Positions 24,239 to 36,889 of a stretch of 64,000 nt of DNA are shown piece by piece; position 1 is the first letter of the stretch; each line of letters begins with the position of its first letter. Source of the DNA: Tubulanus polymorphus (Eukaryota > Animalia > Nemertea). Position numbers and translations under genes: made by a program. The notes beneath the pieces were generated by a model. That model was not told the origin of the DNA. It saw nothing but the letters and a program-made list of their open reading frames with translations, and did not search any database. The DNA lies in NCBI RefSeq assembly GCF_964204645.1, contig NC_134029.1, forward strand, positions 14,564,950 through 14,628,949, read 5' to 3'.

Positions 24239-26527
24239 TTCAAATTAACTTCTCTAAATTTTTCAAATATGTCAGCCAATATCATAACATCTGATTTTAA
24301 ATATAAATCAACTATTTCACCATGATTTTTCATCTTAAAATGGTTCCAAATATTTAATGTTCTATTATACACTTCGTCTTTCACATACTCCTCTTTTAAT
24401 TGATCATAAAATTGATCTTTTAATAATTCTGTTACATTAAAATCATTGTGTGTTTTATAAAATGAATAAGGAATTGCGCCTTTATATCTCAATAATTTAA
24501 AATCTTGGTCATTTGGATAATAATATCGAGTTATTATAAAATCATTATCAACTAAACTTTTTGATAAATTATCTAATGAACTTGCTAGAAATCTATAAGA
24601 ATCTAAAAATCTAATGCAACCAAATTGAAATGAAATATAATTTTCAGATGTTTTAGCTAATAGTTTAAAATCATATTTTCTTACATTTACACCATTCATA
24701 GCATTATATTCTTCTATTTCTTGATTAATTGAACCCAATTTTCCTGATAATTGTTTATAAATAGATGGGTATCATAGCCTGTTAAATTATGAAATAATAT
24801 TGGTACGAAATTAACTTTCTTAGCTTGTAAATTGCAATCTTCATGAGCAGCTCCACGATATTTTGAATTTAAATGATCATGATCTCTTACTTTTTTATCA
24901 AATGAATAAAAACGTTTTTCACAATAACAACAATGAGTTGCATAATTAAAATGAATTTCATCTTCTTTTGTCATAACTATTCTTTTATTTTTGTTTAATA
25001 ATTTTGCAAAATCACTTTCTAATTCAATCATGTTGTTACAAAAATCATTAACTACATCTTCACCTCTAAAAGAAATATATTGACTTTCATATAATTCAGG
25101 ATAATTTGATTTTATATAAATTCCATAAGCAGCAGCTCTTTGATGAACTTTTTAAATTGTATTTATAATCGGTGGGTCTTGTATTGTGTCTTCATTTAAT
25201 TCATTTCCTTTATCCATTGATTTTAATAATTGCTTTTTGTTATATATTTCTTTTCTATCTTGATCAGTTAATTCTTTATTCAACGATTCAAAATCCCCAT
25301 AAATTACAAATGGAACAATATTCTTAAATTTATGATTAGTAAATTTCAATTTATAATCTTTTTCTGTTGGCATTATTAATTTACAAAAATCTTTATTATC
25401 ACATAATTCTTCATGTTTTAATAATGTATTCTCAGTCATAAATTTAGATAAACATTTTCACTTTTATTACTTTTTGATGTTTTATTTCTTTTTGTATTAT
25501 AAACATTTAAATCTAAATATATAATTTCATTCAATGTTAAGCCAGAACCCTCAAAATATCTTTCTTCAATATGACGTTTAAATTCATTGAATATTTTTTC
25601 TAACTTCTCTTTTATTTGTGTTTTTGAAATTATTTCTTCAGAGTGTGTTTGAATATTATAATCCATTTTTTCTTCTGACTTAAAAAAACTTACTTTCCCA
25701 GAGGTACTAATTTTTGGATATTCAACATCTGTTATCAAATCTAGTATTTTTTCTATTATTTCATTAAATGTACTATAATCTTCTATTGTTGTACCTTTAA
25801 AAAATCTAAATATAATGGCTGCAGGACCAATTTTACTATGTAATGTTTCTAAAATTTCAATTGTATCTTTTATTTCTAGTGAATCAATATAATTTCTAAC
25901 ATTTTCCATGTAAGGTTTATTTGAAATGGATTTAGTTTTTGAAGTTGGTTTTTTTACTTGTTGAGGTTTATCATCAAAATAACCTTTTCCAAAAACATTA
26001 TTACTCAAATTTTGATGGTGTTTTTGTGATTCGAGATGTCTTTTATAATTCCTTTTTACTATAAATTCATTACAAACTTCACATTTTATTTCATCCACAT
26101 TCATATCATATAATCGTTCTTTTCTTTCATTTTCTGGAGTTTCAAAATCTATTACATTTTTTATATGATTTGCAGATTTTTCATGTTTAGATTTATTAGA
26201 TTTATCAATGTATTTTTTACAATATGGACAATAATATTGATTTTCATTAACATCAATTTGTTCTGTCTTATTCTCTCCCATTTATGAGGAAAAAAATTAC
26301 TTGTGGTGATGAGTGGGGATTACTTCCCCTTGTATATAACAAGCACGCTATTAACCGTTCTCACCCAAGCCTCACAGCATCTATTTATCCGAGCACAGTT
26401 GACACGCAATCACTGTAATACAGTAATAGCACACGCGTTAATAACCGTTCTCGGCTTAAAAGCGTCGTCGTGAAGTACAGACGTGTTTTCGGCGCTCTCC
26501 GTGAATACAATACCAGCAAAGTAAACA

Positions 26528-27577
26528 ATGGATCTTCAACAAGCTAGAACCTTCCGATACAACAACATGATGGCAAAAGACTTTAAAAACTTCTTGCTCG
26601 TACCAAAGATTCGAGTACAATACAGCAAATTGGACATAAACCAGATTTGTGAAATTCTACACAACGACCGAACATCGAGTGAATGCATCGAAAAAGTTAT
26701 TGATTTTAACCCGTACAATGTCGGTGTATTCTGTGGTTCATCCGACAAATACGATATTTTGAAGAGACATACAATCAGTCACAGAGGAGCAACAGTAAGA
26801 TTTAGATCAGCGCTTGAAACTCCAACAATTTTAAGAATAGAAGGTGTCCCGACCGACTGCCCACATGATGTAGTTGACAGCATCATAAAACGATATGGAA
26901 ACATTCTGACAGGGTCTTATCACCCAACACTTGGCAAAACAAACTTCCGTAACGGTGAGAAGCGAGTCCTGGAAGTAGTTATTTCCTCGCCGATCCCGAG
27001 GAACATTGCTTTAGAATCAAAACTTTATGGACTTTTACTCATCCGAGTATACTACAACGGTCAGCCAGATCACTGCGCGATTTGCGGAGAATTCAACCAC
27101 ACGTGGGTTGAATGCCAGGTTACGTGTTCGCATCCGACACACACCCCGGATCGCTGCAGACAAATTCATCATCGACAGAATATGGCTTCGCAAGGTATAA
27201 GGAAGACCAATCCAACACCAGCAGAAGCAGCAAGCACTACCAGTAAAGTTCCAGATACCAGGGTTGTGGAAACTGTCGCGGCCAAGACCAACTCGAAACC
27301 CGAGGAAACCAGGAAGAGACCGTCCTCTCCTACTGAGCTGCCGCAGACACCGAAGAAGTCTCAGAGGATCCCTACATCTACCACTGACAATGAGGCTCCG
27401 GTAGCCACGACAAAAAAACCACAGACGCCAAACAAAGACGATGAACCCGCGATGGATGATGGAAGCGTGGCTACGACCGAACCCGCGAAAACGAGTCCAC
27501 CACAAGTGAATCGGACACAGAAGAAAACTCAACCCAAAACCGGGACAGCAAAGCCAAAAAACAAGAGAACGACCTAA
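26528..27577 (+). CDS. Tx1-type ORF1 (RRM-like region, CCHC knuckle, disordered tail)
   Basis: Intact 349 aa; RVYYNGQPDHCAICGEFNHTWVEC. Confidence 0.88.
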   Translation: MDLQQARTFRYNNMMAKDFKNFLLVPKIRVQYSKLDINQICEILHNDRTSSECIEKVIDFNPYNVGVFCGSSDKYDILKRHTISHRGATVRFRSALETPTILRIEGVPTDCPHDVVDSIIKRYGNILTGSYHPTLGKTNFRNGEKRVLEVVISSPIPRNIALESKLYGLLLIRVYYNGQPDHCAICGEFNHTWVECQVTCSHPTHTPDRCRQIHHRQNMASQGIRKTNPTPAEAASTTSKVPDTRVVETVAAKTNSKPEETRKRPSSPTELPQTPKKSQRIPTSTTDNEAPVATTKKPQTPNKDDEPAMDDGSVATTEPAKTSPPQVNRTQKKTQPKTGTAKPKNKRTT

Positions 27578-27618
27578 GGTGATGTATATTTTCCACTTAT
27601 TATGTAGGTACTGAAAAC

Positions 27619-30600
27619 ATGGCGAATACATTAGGACGTATTAGATTATTATCACTCAATTGCAATGGCTTAGCCTACTCTAACTCTCGAACTATAAGCA
27701 TTTTTGAAAAACTTAAGCTGCACGATATCTTCTTACTACAAGAAACCCATTTATCTAGTGACTACGAAATTCAAAAGAAATTTAAACCCTTATCGAGGAA
27801 TTTTGAGATATTATCTAACTTTACGAATGAGAGAAAATGTGGAGTAACTATTGGCATTAGGAGATCTTTAAACTATTCAATTTTAAGTAACTCAACGGAC
27901 ACACAAGGCAGGTTAATGGCTTTGAAAATCTCTATATCTGGTCAAATTTATAACATTGTCAATATTTACGCCCCGAATAAAGAGCGCGATAGGAAAAATT
28001 TTATAAACAATATCAGTAATTATCTCAACCTCAATCAAAATGAACATACAATAATAGCTGGAGATTTTAATTGTATAGAGAGTCCTTTAGATCGAGAATC
28101 AACATCTGCCAATTCGTCGAGTATAAGAAGTGGTTCAGAACAATTAGCAAACTTATGTCAACAATACAGATTAGCAGACGCCTACAGACTTAAAAATCCA
28201 GACACACCAGCATTCTCTAGAGTAGCAAAACGAAATAACAATGTAATTAAAACAAGAATAGATCGATTTTATGTATCAGACACTCTACAGCCAGACATAG
28301 AGCATGTGAAACATGTCAACTCTATTCATTCCGATCACAAGATCGTCGAATTAGTAATTAACTCCTCTCAAGGTAAACGTGGCAAGGGATACTGGCATCT
28401 CAACAAAGAACTACTGCAGAACCCTAATTACATCACTATGATAACAGACTTTTGGACACAATGGCAAAATCACAAACTATTCTACGACTCAATTATTGAA
28501 TGGTGGGAAGAGGGCAAAATTCAAATAAAAACCAGATCAATAAAATTTGCTTCAGAACTCAGGTAAATCAAAAACAATCTTAAGAAATCTTTAGAATCTG
28601 AATTATTCATTCTCGAAAAACTCTCTGATTTAGGGGTAAACACTAACCTCACTAAAATCAAATTGAATACCTTACCAAACGTATTCGCGACTTCGAAATT
28701 GAAAAAGCAAAAAGTGCAATGATTAGATCAAAGATCGAGTGGAGAGAATTCGGAGAGAAGACAAGTACTTTCTTTGCAAATTATGAAAAGCAACGCGCTA
28801 AAGCGAATCACATCAGAACTCTCAAAAACGATTTAGGTGAAATTAAAACTGGTCAAAAAGACATTGAAAAAGTTCAACTTAATTTCTATAAACACCTATA
28901 TAGAAAAGAAGAAATCGATTTGGAAACCCAAAATATATTCCTGGCTAATCTACCTCAAATCTCTAATCAAAAGAAACTTCAGCATGACTCCGAAATAGAT
29001 ATCAACGAATTAACAAATTCGGTCAAATCTTTTCAAAATAATAAATCTCCCGGTATAGACGGTCTACCTATTGAATTTTATAGAACATTTTGGTATACTC
29101 TCCGAGATGACTTTCTGCAGTTAGTACACGCGTGTATACAAGAAAATAGACTTTCTAAATCAATGCAAACCGGCATTATATCATTAATTCATAAGAAAAA
29201 TGACAAAACAGCCTTAAAAAATTGGAGACCAATCTCTTGACTATGTACAGATTACAAAATATTCACAAAAGTTCTCGCTAACAGACTAATCAACTGTCTA
29301 ACAGACATAATTCACCCTGACCAGACATGTAGCGTGAAGGGACGTCGAATCCAAGACAACGGTCATATAATTAGAGACTTAATTGATTACGTTAATAATG
29401 ATAATTTAGAAGCATTTTTAGTAACCATTGATCAAATGAAAGCTTTCGACCGCATCGACTGGCAGTATATGTTTAAAACTTTAGAATCTTTCGGTTTTGG
29501 AGAAAATCTAATTAAATATATCAAAACTTGTTATTCAAATCCAAAATCCAGAATTAAAAGTAATGGCTTCTTAACTAAACCGTTCACTTAAGAAAGAGGC
29601 GTAAGACAGGGATGTCCCATGAGCGCAATACTCTACATAATAGCAGCAGAACCACTAGCAATTAAAATACGTGAAAACAACAACATTAAAGGAGTAAAAC
29701 TACCGGACGACACAGAAATTAAAATCAAGCAATACGCAGATGACACTACATTATGTCTCACTGACTTAGAGTCTTTAGACCAAGTTTTTACAACGTTAAC
29801 CCTTTTCGAACGAGCGTCAGGTGCAAAAGTTAATAAAGATAAAACTGAATGTATGTGGATTGGATCATGGAAAAATAGAAACGATAAACCTTTAGACTTA
29901 AATTGGAAGAAATCAATGAAAATTTATGGTATTCATTTTGGCAATGAAAATACTGATGATTTAAACTGGAATCCAAAAGTTAATAAAATTCAAAATATAA
30001 TAAACCTCTGGCGCCAAACTAAACTATCTTTACACGGCAAAAAGGTCGTCATAAACTCATTTATATTACCGCTTTTATGGTACACTTCCGAAATATTTCC
30101 AGTCCCGGACAAGTATATCAAAATCTTTGAACCAAAAATCGTCAATTTCCTATGGGACAATGGAAAACGACTTGTCGGCAAAAACATACTACACAAAAAA
30201 ATCGAACACGGAGGCCTCGACATACACAACATAAAATACAGACAACAAACACAGGCAATTACAACGATCATTAACCACGCTCTAAAACCTACACACTGGA
30301 AACCACTAATTAACTACAATCTGCAAAAATACATTGGCCCTGGCTGGAATATGTCAAACATCATTCACAATGAGCTACCTAAAAAAACAATTTCAAACGA
30401 CTACTACAGACATTTATTAAAAGCATGGACAGTTTTTCAACAACATCTGACTTCGACGGAAACCATTACTGAAATTTTGCAGAAACCTATTTTTGGCAAT
30501 CCAAAAATTAAGCTCAACAGGAAAACTGATTTCACACAGTACATACAACACGGTATAACCAATTTGCAACATTTATTTGATAATCGTGGCAATTATAAAC

Positions 30601-31439
30601 CACTTAATGAAACTCCGTTAACAAATAGATTAAAACACACACGTATACACAATGCGATACCGCAACATTGGAAACTAATTATATCTGACCAAAATTTAGA
30701 TCCTGGCGAGTTACCGAAAATCTACGTCCAGTTTGATAACATAAGTTGTGCTGTAGGAAAAATTTCATCATCTCAAATTTATAGAATTTTATTATTAAAA
30801 AATCTCCATCAAATCACGCCAATTGGACAAACAAAAATTACTGAAATGCTAAATATGGATCTGAATTGGCCGGAAATTTGGAATGAAGTTTATAATAAAC
30901 ATATTGATAAACGGTTTAGTGATATTCATTGGAAATTACTACATAATACTCTTGCAATAGCTTCAAAATTAGTACTTTGGAAAATAAAAACTGATCCAAA
31001 TTGTAAAATTTGCGGACGCGCGGCAACAAATGACCATGTAGTATACTCATGCACAGAAGCACAACAATTATATTCACGCATACAACCAATCTTTGAACGC
31101 ATAATAGGCACACCTATACGAATCACTCGAGACATCGTCTACACAGGAATTACCAAAACAATAGAAAGAGACTTTTTCAAACGCACACTTGCGAACTATC
31201 TTTTATTTCTTGCACAATTCATTTTGTACAAGAATCATTACAATCTAGAACAGGGCTCTGGTCGCATCAACACTATAATTTATTTCAAAAACGCACTTAT
31301 AGATCGCATAAACCAAGAAATAATACTGCAACAAAATCTTCATATTTGGAGTCTTAACAATATATTTATAAACCTAGACGTAAACGGACTAAATACAGTA
31401 AACAGAATCACAATTGACACTATCGATGTAGTCTATTAA
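27619..31439 (+). pseudogene. Tx1/L1 ORF2 (APE endonuclease, reverse transcriptase, C-terminal zinc finger)
   Basis: SLNCNG, LQETH, AGDFN, RIDRFY, SDH; KSPGIDGLPIEFY, RQGCPMS, QYADD; CKICG...HVVYSC. Disrupted near 28566-28680 and by stops at 29240 and 29591. Confidence 0.93.
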
Positions 31440-32892
31440 TTACTTAACCTAACGCCTTTTATTAGTTTAGTACACCTACATATCCTGACTTTGACACTTG
31501 AGGTATGTTCTGATTTAGAATGAACAGGGATGACGGTCTATCAATGCGCATAGAACTGTCTGACCACTTTTGTCCTATATCATCACATACGCATAGATAC
31601 CTTATTGTTTCTGGTTTTGGACTGTAAACTCAGTCTCACTGCCGCGATAACTGGAAAGCTGCCTCCGTTTTGGCTTCAGGATAGCAAGCTCAGTCTATTT
31701 TTGTGCAGTGGTGATTGGAAGGTTGCCTCCTGACACCGGTCTCATTAAGACCTACCAAAAAAAACAACCTAATTGTGACAAATGATTAACTGGGCGTGCC
31801 GCCTTGGTGATCACTGACGGTCTTCCATTACGCTAGCACTGTCAGATAGCCGCCAGAGTGGCATGCAATTTTTTGATCATGCCTGTAAATAAAACCCGAT
31901 CAAGACTGTACATATGTATCATTGTATTAATCAAACTCGCGTGCCTGTGTCGCTTTCTTACTGACGGTCTATCAATGCGCATAGCACTGTCTGTTTGATC
32001 GCGACGCATCCACGGACCTAACTATGCACTGTATATTAGAAACACAAAACTGCTCCACGTGTACAACTTTTAATTTTAGGCAAACTCAGCACCAGATGTG
32101 AAGTACCAACTGCACCCCTTGACGGAGAAACCTATCCTCATCGGAGCGTGCACCGTCGATGTCATACAACTACACTTCGGATACCAGGACCAAACTCTCA
32201 TCTGGATAATTTGCTTTTCAAAATGTGCTTCCGTTTTATCTAGTCAGCACGCGGGACAATCAACTTAGAGGATTTTTACACCAACATCTACCCGAGGAAA
32301 GGCTACAATAAACATTCGGACTATTTACACGTGGAAAACGACCAAAAAAATGTTAAAAATTGACAAAATGATCTTCAACCTTGTAATATAGTTATTTCCT
32401 AAATCTTGATGTATTAAATTAGGCAGCCAACTAAATTAACCCCAATCAGTCGCTTGCCGGTTCAGACTGCTTGGATGATTGTTTGAATGAACCGGAACCG
32501 AAAATTTCAAATTATGTACTTCGATTTAAACAAAAAATTCTGTAAACTCGACCGCCGATCACACAACTATATTTGTACTTCGATTTCCGATTTCAAAATC
32601 AAACCCCCTGTTTCTTTCCCGGCAGGTGTGGTGGGTTTGTAAGGGACACCAAATAAAAAAATCAAACGAAATTTACCAATCAAATAAATCACAGGGTCAA
32701 CCCCTATTTTAAGATAAAAAAAAATAACCGTTCTCGGTAGCACCTCGCTGTATCGATCTATCCACGCGCAGTTGTTGTTACGCGCACTCACTGTATACGT
32801 GTGTCACAACGCTGTTGACCATTCTCGGCCTAGCTGTGACGAGTGGTGTCTCGTACTCTCGTACTCTGGTATGAAACCCACATCTTCCAATT

Positions 32893-33125
32893 ACTGACAG
32901 TATTTAAAATCGGGTCCTCTCACGGGACAGTATTCCAAATCGGGTCCTCTCATGGGACAGTGTGTTGAATCGGGCCCTCTCACGTGACATGATTTGAAAC
33001 CAGGTCCTCTCACGGGACAGTAAGTTGATTCGGGTCCTCTCACGGGACAGTATTTAAAATCGGGTCCTCTCACGGGATATTGTGTTGAATCGGGACCTCT
33101 CACGGGACGGTAACTTGAATCGCGG
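32893..33125. repeat. ~30-bp tandem repeat (AATCGGGTCCTCTCACGGGACAGT..), about 7 units
   Basis: Visible tandem units; related motif again at about 33375-33428. Confidence 0.85.
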
Positions 33126-33466
33126 GTTCCGTTGTAAAATCCTGCGTGAAAAACGTGAATTCATATCCCCTATTGTCCCCCTGGCCCTGCAGTAAATTAG
33201 AATTTTTCGGTAGGCCTTTATGTATTTATAAATGAAATCAAAATGGAAAATGTAGTAATCACAATCGATAGTTGAATTTATTTATTCATAATCGTTATTG
33301 GCAGAATACATAAGAATATTGGGACTCGAAACCGCTAGCATTGGAATCGACGTTTCATGTAAGAATTCTACATTTGTCCCGTGAAAGGACCCATGTACAG
33401 TCACAGGACGTGTCCTCTCACGGGACGCTGCGGTTTAACTCATATGCAAAAATGAGCGAGCAAGAC

Positions 33467-34244
33467 CACAGGGGTTTGGCGATGGGCTTGGATTTTATTT
33501 CCGGGTTGTTGATAATCTCGCGAGAATGGCGCTAAATATGAACTGCAAATAAATTCAAAATATCATAGAAATACCTTGTGTTTATATTGTTTATTTATCC
33601 GCTATTAAGTTCCGATAAACAATTGGTCGATAAGGATCATCATCAGACAGTCGTCACGCTTTACTATATAAAATAACAAGGGATGAAACGCAGTTCAATT
33701 CGTGCCAGCCAGAAAGTTGGGACAGTCACGTGACAGTCGCGCTTCTTATTTGAATGAATGCAAACCCGAAGCATCTAAGATGGAAACTATGATACGAAAA
33801 ATATTTGCGAATAACTTACATTCAAATGCAATTTTTTTTTATGAATTATATATTTGATCATAATTTATTCTTTATAAGTTATTAATTTCATATGAATCAT
33901 CATCTGACAATTGATATCAGTCTGTGAATATGTTAACTTTTCATGTTAAAGTTTTAAATGTGATGACATCATCAGAATGTCACGTGACTGTCCCAACTTT
34001 CTGGCTGGCACAACTCTGAAGGCGTTTCATCCCTTGTGATTTTATATAGTAGCGTGACGACCGTCTGATAATGATTCTTAACGACCAATTGTTTATCGAA
34101 ACTTTATAGCGGATAAATAAACAATATAAACACAAGGTATTTCCGTGATATTTTGAATTTATTCGTAGTTCATATTTAGCGCCATTCTCGCGAGATTATC
34201 AACAACCCGGAAATAAAATCCAAGCCCATCGCCAAACCCCTGTG
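33467..34244. mobile_element. Foldback MITE with ~270-bp inverted arms and 8-bp TSD (P- or hAT-like)
   Basis: CACAGGGGTTTGGCGATGGGC...GCCCATCGCCAAACCCCTGTG flanked by AGCAAGAC on both sides. Confidence 0.9.
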
Positions 34245-35441
34245 AGCAAGACCATTCGGAATGCTCTCAAGTCAGGTTGAAATAGACATATCATCATCAG
34301 CAGTTCGCCGCCCAACACCTGCGTCAACAATACGTGTGGATTGTTCATTTTTGACGTTCTTCCACTACCACCCAGCTCGGGTCGCACCGATTTCACGGTT
34401 ACAAACTTAAGACTTTCACCGGCGGCGCCGGCACCAGAAGCCGCCATTTTGAACCTACGCGGTAATACCTATATAGTAATGACGTCAGCGTCGAGGATTT
34501 CTTGAGAATAGCCGCTGATTGGTTCCAGCAATGTGTGCATGTCCCATGGTGCTAGACTACCCTCCGCCTCTAACTGAAGGTAAAGACCGGCAACCAGTCT
34601 AGCGGCTCCTGGCGTAGTTTAGTATGACCCGTTTTCGCCATCTTCGATCTGTGTCGAATTACACCAGCTTATACCATTTTCTGATCAGAAATCAGCAACC
34701 ACTTCTAGGAGGGTCGAGGATACTAAAGAAATCTGACCGAAACTGCAGTGTAGGCAGTAACCATTCGAAAAAGTGATTTGTGCTGAAGAAGGATAGCTAA
34801 ATTTAACTCTTATTAATTAGGCGCGGCCTACTAAAGTAGTCAAGTACTAGTGTTGTGTAGGCCTAGTGAGTAGTGTAGTTAAGTTGGAAGTAATTAATTG
34901 AATCAGCCTGCTGGTGCTAGCTATAAAGCCGGCTTATTGGTTATAACACATTTCTAATCGATTGGCTAGCCTACCTAGGCTATTACCAGTACTAGGACTA
35001 GGAGGAGCCCACAACTGTTTGGCTGAATAAACAAAAGGGGTAGGCTGACCGCACCACGGGCATTGCCCCTCCACATCAGTATCTGGAGAAGGGCCAGGGG
35101 GGTGCTTTCTGAGGTTGACAATGAATCGCCACCAAGTGCTGACTGGAGCGACAAATAATGGTGAGCAATGTTTCGCCGTGGGAAGCGTTGAAGGTATTCA
35201 TTTCACGGTAAGTAGGTAGCATAACACTGCGCACACAGTGATTGTCTTTTTACCAGGACGATTGAAATAGGAAGTAGTCTAGTACCTAGCCGTTGTTCCT
35301 CAAACAACGTCTAGGGCGAAAGTGCTCATATAGCCTAATGTTAATTTTCGTCCCTCATTTTGAGGGACGAGGCTTTGAGCGTCTATTTCACCCCTTAAAA
35401 CACCATCAACTGACTGTTCTGTAATCAGATGGAAGTTAGTC

Positions 35442-35960
35442 TACTGTCTGTCACACCTGCTCGCGCGACGTTTTGATCCATTATTTCGTTAATAAAATGT
35501 TGATTTACCTTTATTATGCATAGATTTGTTCAGTAAGGAATTTGCATTCAGAATTAAACATATTTTCCCGAAAGATGTTTTTGTTTTCATTTAGGCCTAT
35601 GAGCGATAGTTTACTCAGCATACGATCGAGTTTACTCAGCATACGATCGCGTAATGCTTAAAAATCCGCTCCGCGGACGCTCGGAAACGTTACAGTGACG
35701 TCATCACCTGCTCATTAGCATAACAAAATACAGTAGGTGGCGCCACGTGACGGGCTGGAAAAGCCGTTTTTCAGCATAATGCGAGCGTATACTAGGTAAA
35801 CAATTGCTGATAAATGAAAACACAAACAAATTGATGCCAATTCATAATTTATTTCTGAATGCAAAATCCTTACTGAACAAATTGATGCATAATCTTCGCA
35901 GATCAACTGATTATTAACGAAATTACGGACCAAAACGTCGAGCAGGTGTGACAGACAGTA
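35442..35960. mobile_element. MITE with long imperfect inverted arms
   Basis: TACTGTCTGTCACACCTGCTCG...CGAGCAGGTGTGACAGACAGTA. Confidence 0.75.
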
Positions 35961-36292
35961 ATGTCTATTTCCATGAGCATTCCAGGTGGCCTAGCTCACC
36001 ACAGGCACTCGCCGATGGGTTTGGGATACAGTTGCTGGGGTTTTTGATAGTGTATCTGTGTTTTGAGTGGTTATTCTGCAATAAATCCGAGAAAAAAACG
36101 TCTTGGTACTGATACGTTTAGAAAGATAATGGCCGCTGGCTCCACACACGGCGACCTCACAAAATACTGAACAAACTTCGTTTTTCAATCTAAAATCAAA
36201 ACTTTTATTTTATATGACACTTACTAGTGATATGACAGTTATATATCCTATTATTCCATCCAATTGTGAGACACTGTCAATTTGTGAAACGT

Positions 36293-36683
36293 TTTTGGTA
36301 GTACATACCTGATAAAGGTCTTAGTAGGACCAGAAAGGACAGGCAGTCGACCTAAATCATCATTTTTTAATCCATTTGAAACTATTGAAGGATATCCAAA
36401 AAGTCTTCACTGAAAGGGGTTCATGAGAGAAAAGAGACTTCATGATTTGAAAGTTTAACAATATGTCTCCATGCCTACCAACTGAAGTTTGGTATGTAGG
36501 CATGGAAACATATTGTTAAACTTTCAAATCATGGAGTCACTTCTCTTCATTTAATCCCTTTCAGTGAAGTCTTTTTGGATATCCTTCAATACAGTTTCAA
36601 ATGGATTAAAAAATGATGATTTAGGTCGACTGCCCGTCCTTTCTGGTCCTACTAAGACCTTTATCAGGTATGTACTACCAAAA
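36293..36683. repeat. Near-perfect foldback palindrome, ~185-bp arms with short spacer
   Basis: TTTTGGTAGTACATACCTGATAAAGG... mirrored by ...CCTTTATCAGGTATGTACTACCAAAA. Confidence 0.85.
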
Positions 36684-36889
36684 CTGACTGAGCTAGGCCA
36701 CCTGGAATGCTCTCAAGTCAGGTTAAAATATACATTAATACCTAGCCGTTGTTCCTCAAACAACGTCTAGGGCGAAAGTGCTCATATAAGGTTAATTTTC
36801 GTCCCTTATTTTGAGGGACGAGGCTTTGAGCGTCTATTTCACCCCTTAAAACACCATCGACTTACCTCAAACTGACTGTTCTGTGATCA

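Larger units (their letters stand above)
21084..26281 (-). pseudogene. polB: Protein-primed family B DNA polymerase (Polinton pPolB) with N-terminal zinc fingers, endonuclease VII insert and intein
   Basis: ExoI PFVIYGDFES, ExoII FHNLTGYD, ExoIII YLKSDV, SIRGGIS, motif A YIDANNLYGWAM, motif B KSMNNSFYGK, motif C YFD/TDA, GKFKHE, FVGIRSKMYS, KLKGI. Several stops/frameshifts and one insertion. Confidence 0.95.
17870..26454. mobile_element. Polinton/Maverick (adintovirus-like) endogenous element, truncated; probable terminal remainder at 32738-32867
   Basis: Very AT-rich, gene-dense, intronless block with protein-primed PolB, a minor-capsid-like ORF and a VLTF3-like ORF. No integrase, ATPase or major capsid seen in the window. 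Confidence 0.9.
26455..32722 (+). mobile_element. Full-length Tx1/L1-clade non-LTR retrotransposon
   Basis: ORF1, ORF2, ~1.3-kb 3' UTR and A-tail; 15-bp TSD AATAACCGTTCTCGG at 26440-26454 and 32723-32737. Confidence 0.93.

Noticed and set aside
26440-26454. Tx1 target as U2 snRNA or spliced-leader RNA gene
   Set aside because: Only a short TTCTCGG(CCT) resemblance; the surrounding sequence does not continue as U2 or any SL RNA I recognise.
31529-31565. SECIS-like reading of the 3' UTR stem-loop
   Set aside because: Helix too short, ATGA not kept in the other copies, and ORF2 is also broken by TAA and a frameshift.
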